Assembly: GCA_900617105.1 (NCBI GenBank)
Contig: UYFQ01000315.1
Coordinates: forward strand, 62,001 to 126,000
Direction of reading: 5' to 3'
DNA from: Hydrurus foetidus
Lineage: Eukaryota
Length of the DNA stretch: 64,000 nucleotides
Position 1 is the stretch's first letter, and every line of letters starts with the position of its first letter. This document shows positions 54,401 through 64,000 of this stretch, piece by piece. Both the position numbers and the translations under genes were made by a program. The notes under the pieces were generated by a model. That model was not told the DNA's origin, searched no databases, and was given only the letters and a program-made list of their open reading frames with translations.

Positions 54401-57400
54401 GAGACTGGAGTCGAGGCTCACATCGAAGCAGAGGTCGAGCAGAGGTCGAGGTCGAGGTCGATGCAGAGGTCGAGTTGATAGCAGACATCGAGGCAGACAT
54501 CGAGACTGGAGTCGAGGCTCACATCGAAGCAGAGGTCGAAGTACAGGTCGAAGTCGAGTTGATAGCAGACATCGAGGCAGACATCGAGACTGGAGTCGAG
54601 GCTCACATCGAAGCAGAGGTCGAGGTCGATGCAGAGGTCGAGATCGAGTTGATAGCAGACATCGAGGCAGACATCGAGACTGGAGTCGAGGCTCACATCG
54701 AAGCAGAGGTCGAGGTCGATGCAGAGGTCGAGGTCGAGTTGATAGCAGACATCGAGGCAGACATCGAGACTGGAGTCGAGGCTCACATCGAAGCAGAGGT
54801 CGAAGTACAGGTCGATGTCGAGTTGATAGCAGACATCGAGGCAGACATCGAGACTGGAGTCGAGGCTCACATCGAAGCAGAGGTCGAAGTACAGGTCGAT
54901 GTCGAGTTGATAGCAGACATCGAGGCAGACATCGAGACTGGAGTCGAGGCTCACATCGAAGCAGAGGCAGAGGTCGAGGTCGATGCAGAGGTCGAGATCG
55001 AGTTGATAGCAGACATCGAGGCAGACATCGAGACTGGAGTCGAGGCTCACATCGAAGCAGAGGTCGAAGCAGAGGTCGAGGTCGATGCAGAGGTCGAGTT
55101 GATAGCAGACATCGAGGCAGACATCGAGACTGGAGTCGAGGCTCACATCGAAGCAGAGGTCGAAGCAGAGGTCGAGGTCGAGTTGATAGCAGACATCGAG
55201 GCAGACATCGAGACTGGAGTCGAGGCTCACATCGAAGCAGAGGTCGAGGTCGATGCAGAGGTCGAGATCGAGTTGATAGCAGACATCGAGGCAGACATCG
55301 AGACTGGAGTCGAGGCTCACATCGAAGCAGAGGTCGAGGTCGATGCAGAGGTCGAGGTCGAGTTGATAGCAGACATCGAGGCAGACATCGAGACTGGAGT
55401 CGAGGCTCACATCGAAGCAGAGGTCAAAGTACAGGTCGAGGTCGAGTTGATAGCAGACATCGAGGCAGACATCGAGACTGGAGTCGAGGCTCACATCGAA
55501 GCAGATGTAGAAGCAGAGGTCGAGGTCGATGCAGAGGTCGAGATCGAGTTGATAGCAGATATCGAGGCAGACATCGAGGCAGACATCGAGACTGGAGTCG
55601 AGGCTCACATCGAAGCAGAGGTCAAAGTACAGGTCGATGTCGAGTTGATAGCAGACATCGAGGCAGACATCGAGACTGGAGTCGAGGCTCACATCGAAGC
55701 AGAGGTCGAAGTACAGGTCGAGGTCGAGTTGATAGCAGACATCGAGGCAGACATCGAGACTGGAGTCGAGGCTCACATCGAAGCAGAGGTCGAAGCAGAG
55801 GTCGAGGTCGATGCAGAGGTCGAGATCGAGTTGATAGCAGACATCGAGGCAGACATCGAGACTGGAGTCGAGGCTCACATCGAAGCAGAGGTCGAAGTAC
55901 AGGTCGAGGTCGAGTTGATAGCAGACATCGAGGCAGACATCGAGACTGGAGTCGAGGCTCACATCGAAGCAGAGGTAGAAGCAGAGGTCGAGGTCGATGC
56001 AGAGGTCGAGATCGAGTTGATAGCAGACATCGAGGCAGACATCGAGACTGGAGTCGAGGCTCACATCGAAGCAGAGGTCGAGATCGAGTTGATAGCAGAC
56101 ATCGAGGCAGACATCGAGACTGGAGTCGAGGCTCACATCGAAGCAGAGGTCGAGGTCGATGCAGAGGTCGAGGTCGATGCAGAGGTCGAGTTGATAGCAG
56201 ACATCGAGGCAGACATCGAGACTGGAGTCGAGGCTCACATCGAAGCAGAGGTCGAAGCAGAGGTCGAGGTCGATGCAGAGGTCGAGATCGAGTTGATAGC
56301 AGACATCGAGGCAGACATCGAGACTGGAGTCGAGGCTCACATCGAAGCAGAGGCGGAGGTCGATGTCGAGTTGGTAGCAGACATCGAGGCAGACATCGAG
56401 ACTGGAGTCGAGGCTCACATCGAAGCAGAGGTCAAGGTCGAAGTACAGGTCGAGGTCGAGTTGATAGCAGACATCGAGGCAGACATCGAGACTGGAGTCG
56501 AGGCTCACATCGAAGCAGAGGTCGAAGCAGACGTCGAGGTCGATGCAGAGGTCGAGGTCGAGTTGATAGCAGACATCGAGGCAGACATCGAGACTGGAGT
56601 CGAGGCTCACATCGAAGCAGAGGTCGAGGTCGATGTCGAGTTGATAGCAGACATCGAGGCAGACATCGAGACTGGAGTCGAGGCTCACATCGAAGCAGAG
56701 GTCGAGGTCGAGGTCGAGGTCGAGTCGAGATCAGACATCGAGGCAGAGGTCGAGGTCGATGCAGAGGTCGAGATCGAGGATAGCAGACATCGAGGCAGAC
56801 ATCGAGACTGGAGTCGAGACTCACATCGAAGCAGAAGTAGAAGCAGAGGTCGAGGTCGATGCAGAGGTCGAGATCGAGTTGATAGCAGACATCGAGGCAG
56901 ACATCGAGACTGGAGTCGAGGCTCACATCGAAGCAGAGGTCGAAGTACAGGTCGAGGTCGAGTTGATAGCAGACATCGAGGCAGACATCGAGACTGGAGT
57001 CGAGGCTCACATCGAAGCAGAGGTCGAGGTCGAGGTCGAGTTGATAGCAGACATCGAGGCAGACATCGAGACTGGAGTCGAGGCTCACATCGAAGCAGAT
57101 GTCGAAGCAGAGGTCGAGGTCGATGCAGATCGAGGTCGATGCAGAGGTCGAGGTCGATGCAGAGGTCGAGTCGAGTTGATAGCAGACATCGAGGCAGACA
57201 TCGAGACTGGAGTCGAGGCTCACATCGAAGCAGAGGTAGAAGTAGAGGTCGAGGTCGATGCAGAGGTCGAGATCGAGTTGATAGCAGACATCGAGGCAGA
57301 CATCGAGACTGGAGTCGAGGCTCACATCGAAGCAGAGGTCGAAGTACAGGTCGAGGTCGAGTTGATAGCAGACATCGAGGCAGACATCGAGACTGGAGTC

Positions 57401-60400
57401 GAGGCTCACATCGAAGCAGAGGTCGAAGTACAGGTCGAAGTCGAGTTGATAGCAGACATCGAGGCACACATCGAGACTGGAGTCGAGGCTCACATCGAAG
57501 CAGATGTAGAAGCAGAGGTCGAGGTCGATGCAGACATCGAGGTCGATGCAGAGGTCGAGGTTGATGCAGAGGTCGAGTTGATAGCAGACATCGAGGCAGA
57601 CATCGAGACTGGAGTCGAAGCTCACATCGAAGCAGAAGTAGAAGTACAGGTCGAGGTCGATGCAGAGGTCGAGATCGAGTTGATAGCAGACATCGAGGCA
57701 GACATCGAGACTGGAGTCGAGGCTCACATCGAAGCAGAGGTCGAGGTCGAGGTCGAAGTCGAGTTGATAGCAGACATCGAGGCAGACATCGAGACTGGAG
57801 TCGAGGCTCACATCGAAGCAGAGGTCGAAGTACAGGTCGAAGTCGAGTTGATAGCAGACATCGAGGCAGACATCGAGACTGGAGTCGAGGCTCACATCGA
57901 AGCAGAGGCGGAGGTCGAGGTCGAGTTGATAGCAGACATCGAGGCAGACATCGAGACTGGAGTCGAGGCTCACATCGAAGCAGATGTAGAAGCAGAGGTC
58001 GAGGTCGATGCAGAGGTCGAGGTCGATGCAGAGGTCGAGGTCGAAATCGAGTTGATAGCAGACATCGAGGCAGACATCGAGACTGGAGTCGAGGCTCACA
58101 TCGAAGCAGAGGTCGAGGTCGATGCAGAGGTCGAGTTGATAGCAGACATCGAGGCAGACATCGAGACTGGAGTCGAGGCTCACATCGAAGCAGAGGCGGA
58201 GGTCGAGGTCGAGTTGGTAGCAGACATCGAGGCAGACATCGAGACTGGAGTCGAGGCTCACATCGAAGCAGATGTAGAAGCAGAGGTCGAGGTCGATGCA
58301 GAGGTCGAGGTCGATGCAGAGGTCGAGGTCGATGCAGAGGTCGAGTTGATAGCAGACATCGAGGCAGACATCGAGACTGGAGTCGAGGCTCACATCGAAG
58401 CAGATGTAGAAGCAGAGGTCGAGGTCGATGCAGAGGTCGAGATCGAGTTGATAGCAGACATCGAGGCAGACATCGAGACTCGAGACTGTCGAGGCTCACA
58501 TCGAAGCAGAGGTCGAGGTACAGGTCGATGTCGAGTTGATAGCAGACATCGAGGCAGACATCGAGACTGGAGTCGAGGCTCACATCGAAGCAGAGGTCGA
58601 GGTCGATGCAGAGGTCGAGTTGATAGCAGACATCGAGGCAGACATCGAGACTGGAGTCGAGGCTCACATCGAAGCAGAGGTCGAGGTCGATGCAGAGGTC
58701 GAGGTCGAGGTCGATGCAGAGGTCGAGGTCGATGCAGAGGTCGAGATCGAGTTGATAGCAGACATCGAGGCAGACATCGAGACTGGAGTCGAGGCTCACA
58801 TCGAAGCAGATGTAGAAGCAGAGGTCGAGGTCGATGCAGAGGTCGAGATCGAGTTGATAGCAGACATCGAGGCAGACATCGAGACTGGAGTCGAGGCTCA
58901 CATCGAAGCAGAGGTCGAAGTACAGGTCGATGTCGAGTTGATAGCAGACATCGAGGCAGACATCGAGACTGGAGTCGAGGCTCACATCGAAGCAGAGGTC
59001 GAGGTCGATGCAGAGGTCGAGTTGATAGCAGACATCGAGGCAGACATCGAGACTGGAGTCGAGGCTCACATCGAAGCAGAGGTCGAGGTCGATGCAGACG
59101 TCGAGGTCGATGCAGAGGTCGAGGTCGATGCAGAGGTCGAGATCGAGTTGATAGCAGACATCGAGGCAGACATCGAGACTGGAGTCGAGACTCACATCGA
59201 AGCAGATGTAGAAGCAGAGGTCGAGGTCGATGCAGAGGTCGAGATCGAGTTGATAGCAGACATCGAGGCAGACATCGAGACTGGAGTCGAGGCTCACATC
59301 GAAGCAGAGGTCGAAGTACAGGTCGATGTCGAGTTGATAGCAGACATCGAGGCAGACATCGAGACTGGAGTCGAGGCTCACATCGAAGCAGAGGCGGAGG
59401 TCGAGGTCGAGTTGGTAGCAGACATCGAGGCAGACATCGAGACTGGAGTCGAGGCTCACATCGAAGCAGATGTAGAAGCAGAGGTCGAGGTCGATGCAGA
59501 CGTCGAGGTCGATGCAGAGGTCGAGGTTGATGCAGAGGTCGAGTTGATAGCAGACATCGAGGCAGACATCGAGACTGGAGTCGAAGCTCACATCGAAGCA
59601 GAAGTAGAAGTACAGGTCGAGGTCGATGCAGAGGTCGAGATCGATTTGATAGCAGACATCGAGGCACACATCGAGACTGGAGTCGAGGCTCACATCGAAG
59701 CAGAGGTCGAAGTACAGGTCGAAGTCGAGTTGATAGCAGACATCGAGGCAGACATCGAGACTGGAGTCGAGGCTCACATCGAAGCAGAGGTCGAAGTACA
59801 GGTCGAAGTCGAGTTGATAGCAGACATCGAGGCAGACATCGAGACTGGAGTCGAGGCTCACATCGAAGCAGATGTAGAAGCAGAGGTCGAGGTCGATGCA
59901 GACGTCGAGGTCGATGCAGAGGTCGAGGTTGATGCAGAGGTCGAGTTGATAGCAGACATCGAGGCAGACATCGAGACTGGAGTCGAGGCTCACATCGAAG
60001 CAGAGGTAGAAGCAGAGGTCGAGGTCGAGGTCGATGCAGAGGTCGAGATCGAGTTGATAGCAGACATCGAGGCAGACATCGAGACTGGAGTCGAGGCTCA
60101 CATCGAAGCAGAGGTCGAAGTACAGGTCGAAGTCGAGTTGATAGCAGACATCGAGGCAGACATCGAGACTGGAGTCGAGGCTCACATCGAAGCAGAGGTC
60201 GAAGTACAGGTCGAAGTCGAGTTGATAGCAGACATCGAGGCAGACATCGAGACTGGAGTCGAGGCTCACATCGAAGCAGAGGCGGAGGTCGAGGTCGAGT
60301 TGGTAGCAGACATCGAGGCAGACATCGAGACTGGAGTCGAGGCTCACATCGAAGCAGATGTAGAAGCAGAGGTCGATGCAGAGGTCGAGGTCGATGCAGA

Positions 60401-63400
60401 GGTCGAGTTCGAAATCGAGTTGATAGCAGACATCGAGGCAGACATCGAGACTGGAGTCGAGGCTCACATCGAAGCAGAGGTCGAGGTCGATGCAGAGGTC
60501 GAGTTGATAGCAGACATCGAGGCAGACATCGAGACTGGAGTCGAGGCTCACATCGAAGCAGATGTAGAAGCAGAGGTCGATGCAGAGGTCGAGGTCGATG
60601 CAGAGGTCGAGATCGAGTTGATAGCAGACATCGAGGCAGACATCGAGACTGGAGTCGAGGCTCACATCGAAGCAGAGGTCAAAGTACAGGTCGATGTCGA
60701 GTTGATAGCAGACATCGAGGCAGACATCGAGACTGGAGTCGAGGCTCACATCGAAGCAGAGGTCGAGGTCGATGCAGAGGTCGAGGTTGACATCGAAGCA
60801 GAGGTCGAGGTCGATGCAGAGGTCGAGTTGATAGCAGACATCGAGGCAGACATCGAGACTGGAGTCGAGGCTCACATCGAAGCAGAGGTCGAAGTACAGG
60901 TCGAAGTCGAGTTGATAGCAGACATCGAGGCAGACATCGAGACTGGAGTCGAGGCTCACATCGAAGCAGAGGTCGGACAGGTCGATGGTCGAGTTGATAG
61001 CAGACATCGAGGCAGACATCGAGACTGGAGTCGAGGCTCACATCGAAGCAGAGGTCGAAGTACAGGTCGAAGTCGAGTTGATAGCAGACATCGAGGCAGA
61101 CATCGAGACTGGAGTCGAGGCTCACATCGAAGCAGAGGTCGAGGTCGAGTTGATAGCAGACATCGAGGCAGACATCGAGACTGGAGTCGAGGCTCACATC
61201 GAAGCAGAGGTCGAGGTCGATGCAGACGTCGAGGTTGACATCGAAGCAGAGGTCGAGGTCGATGCAGAGGTCGAGTTGATAGCAGACATCGAGGCAGACA
61301 TCGAGACTGGAGTCGAGGCTCACATCGAAGCAGAGGTCGAAGTACAGGTCGAAGTCGAGTTGATAGCAGACATCGAGGCAGACATCGAGACTGGAGTCGA
61401 GGCTCACATCGAAGCAGAGGTCAAAGTACAGGTCGAGGTCGAGTTGATAGCAGACATCGAGGCAGACATCGAGACTGGAGTCGAGGCTCACATCGAAGCA
61501 GAGGTCGAAGTACAGGTCGAAGTCGAGTTGATAGCAGACATCGAGGCAGACATCGAGACTGGAGTCGAGGCTCACATCGAAGCAGAGGTCGAGGTCGAGT
61601 TGATAGCAGACATCGAGGCAGACATCGAGACTGGAGTCGAGGCTCACATCGAAGCAGATGTAGAAGCAGAGGTCGATGCAGAGGTCGAGGTCGAGGTCGA
61701 TGCAGAGGTCGAGATCGAGTTGATAGCAGACATCGAGGCAGACATCGAGACTGGAGTCGAGGCTCACATCGAAGCAGAGGTCGAGGTCGAGGTCGAAGTC
61801 GAGTTGATAGCAGACATCGAGGCAGACATCGAGACTGGAGTCGAGGCTCACATCGAAGCAGAGGTCGAGGTCGATGCAGACGTCGAGGTCGATGCAGAGG
61901 TCGAGGTCGATGCAGAGGTCGAGATCGAGTTGATAGCAGACATCGAGGCAGACATCGAGACTGGAGTCGAGGCTCACATCGAAGCAGAGGTCGAAGTACA
62001 GGTCGAAGTCGAGTTGATAGCAGACATCGAGGCAGACATCGAGACTGGAGTCGAGGCTCACATCGAAGCAGAGGCGGAGGTCGAGGTCGAGTTGATAGCA
62101 GACATCGAGGCAGACATCGAGACTGGAGTCGAGGCTCACATCGAAGCAGAGGCAGAGGTCGAGGTCGATGCAGAGGTCGAGGTCGATGCAGAGGTCGAGA
62201 TCGAGTTGATAGCAGACATCGAGGCAGACATCGAGACTGGAGTCGAGGCTCACATCGAAGCAGAGGTCGAAGTACAGGTCGAAGTCGAGTTGATAGCAGA
62301 CATCGAGGCAGACATCGAGACTGGAGTCGAGGCTCACATCGAAGCAGAGGCGGAGGTCGAGGTCGAGTTGATAGCAGACATCGAGGCAGACATCGAGACT
62401 GGAGTCGAGGCTCACATCGAAGCAGAGGTCGAAGTACAGGTCGAGGTCGAGTTGATAGCAGACATCGAGGCAGACATCGAGACTGGAGTCGAGGCTCACA
62501 TCGAAGCAGAGGCGGAGGTCGAGGTCGAGTTGATAGCAGACATCGAGGCAGACATCGAGACTGGAGTCGAGGCTCACATCGAAGCAGATGTAGAAGCAGA
62601 GGTCGATGCAGACGTCGAGGTCGAGGTCGATGCAGAGGTCGAGATCGAGTTGATAGCAGACATCGAGGCAGACATCGAGACTGGAGTCGAGGCTCACATC
62701 GAAGCAGAGGTCGAGGTCGAAGTAGAGGTCGAAGTCGAGTTGATAGCAGACATCGAGGCAGACATCGAGACTGGAGTCGAGGCTCACATCGAAGCAGAGG
62801 CGGAGGTCGAGGTCGAGTTGATAGCAGACATCGAGGCAGACATCGAGACTGGAGTCGAGGCTCACATCGAAGCAGATGTCGAAGCAGAGGTCGAGGTCGA
62901 TGCAGAGGTCGAGGTCGAGGTCGATGCAGAGGTCGAGTTCGAGTTGATAGCAGACATCGAGGCAGACATCGAGACTGGAGTCGAGGCTCACATCGAAGCA
63001 GAGGTCGAGGTCGATGCAGAGGTCGAGTTGATAGCAGACATCGAGGCAGACATCGAGACTGGAGTCGAGGCTCACATCGAAGCAGAGGTAGAAGCAGAGG
63101 TCGAGGTCGATGCAGAGGTCGAGGTCGAGGTCGATGCAGAGGTCGAGTTCGAGTTGATAGCAGACATCGAGGCAGACATCGAGACTGGAGTCGAGGCTCA
63201 CATCGAAGCAGAGGTCGAGGTCGATGCAGAGGTCGAGTTGATAGCAGACATCGAGGCAGACATCGAGACTGGAGTCGAGGCTCACATCGAAGCAGATGTA
63301 GAAGCAGAGGTCGATGCAGAGGTCGAGGTCGATGCAGAGGTCGAGATCGAGTTGATAGCAGACATCGAGGCAGACATCGAGACTGGAGTCGAGGCTCACA

Positions 63401-64000
63401 TCGAAGCAGAGGTCAAAGTACAGGTCGAAGTCGAGTTGATAGCAGACATCGAGGCAGACATCGAGACTGGAGTCGAGGCTCACATCGAAGCAGAGGTCGA
63501 GGTCGATGCAGAGGTCGAGGTTGACATCGAAGCAGAGGTCGAGGTCGATGCAGAGGTCGAGGTCGAGTTGATAGCAGACATCGAGGCAGACATCGAGACT
63601 GGAGTCGAGGCTCACATCGAAGCAGAGGTCGAAGTACAGGTCGAAGTCGAGTTGATAGCAGACATCGAGGCAGACATCGAGACTGGAGTCGAGGCTCACA
63701 TCGAAGCAGAGGTCAAAGTACAGGTCGAGGTCGAGTTGATAGCAGACATCGAGGCAGACATCGAGACTGGAGTCGAGGCTCACATCGAAGCAGAGGTCGA
63801 AGTACAGGTCGAAGTCGAGTTGATAGCAGACATCGAGGCAGACATCGAGACTGGAGTCGAGGCTCACATCGAAGCAGAGGTCGAGGTCGAGTTGATAGCA
63901 GACATCGAGGCAGACATCGAGACTGGAGTCGAGGCTCACATCGAAGCAGAGGTCGAGGTCGATGCAGACGTCGAGGTTGACATCGAAGCAGAGGTCGAGG
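15428..64000 (+). CDS. Giant exon: ~1,200 aa non-repetitive K/N/D/E-rich region followed by an E/V/D/A/I tandem-repeat region; runs off the window; interrupted by frameshifts and 3 TAG codons in this assembly
   Basis: Uninterrupted acidic reading frame 15428 to ~20110, from unique sequence straight into the repeats. After that, long acidic-frame ORFs (e.g. 22148-26851, 40626-43230, 45335-48043, 48940-51411) are linked by local indels. Confidence 0.65.
19012..64000 (+). repeat. >=45 kb tandem array of roughly 500 units (estimate): 60-bp core plus variable 6-nt-module linker
   Basis: Core gagttgatagcagacatcgaggcagacatcgagactggagtcgaggctcacatcgaagca, followed by combinations of gaggtc, gatgca, gaagta, caggtc and gagatc. 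Units are mostly ~66-115 bp. Confidence 0.99.

Noticed and set aside
19140..63939. Dozens of separate ORFs ([11 protein letters not shown]..., RPRPLHRP..., MIADIEAD...) as individual genes
   Set aside because: These are alternative-frame shadows or frameshift fragments of one repeat. Most MIAD starts are internal TTG codons.
19012..64000. CRISPR-like array (constant 60-bp core with variable spacers)
   Set aside because: The linkers are permutations of the same 6-nt modules, not unique spacers. There are no cas genes, and the context is eukaryotic and spliced.
1..64000. Transposons, rRNA or tRNA genes
   Set aside because: No transposase or RT motifs, terminal repeats, or recognisable structural RNA sequences were seen by eye.

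Overview
Intron-rich eukaryotic genomic DNA with GT-AG spliceosomal introns. A protist or alga is plausible, but the taxon cannot be fixed from this window. The first ~15.5 kb holds two head-to-head gene pairs. The first pair is an unknown spliced minus-strand gene (456-2353) and a two-exon SLC52/riboflavin-transporter-like gene (2768-4455). The second pair is a fully reconstructable 12-exon class I fructose-1,6-bisphosphatase (minus, 6804-11146, 337 aa) and a very large plus-strand gene starting near 11797. In that large gene, eight small exons splice in phase into one exon that starts at 15428. This exon encodes ~1,200 aa of non-repetitive acidic sequence, then runs in frame into a >=45 kb tandem array (19012 to window end) of [20 protein letters not shown](EV/DA/QV)n units with near-strict polar/hydrophobic alternation. 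If intact, the product is >16,000 aa and extremely acidic. The array also has clustered frameshifts (probably many assembly errors), three TAG substitutions, higher-order repeats, a CpG-decay-like mutation pattern and long open alternative frames. Its coding status therefore needs read-level and RNA confirmation.
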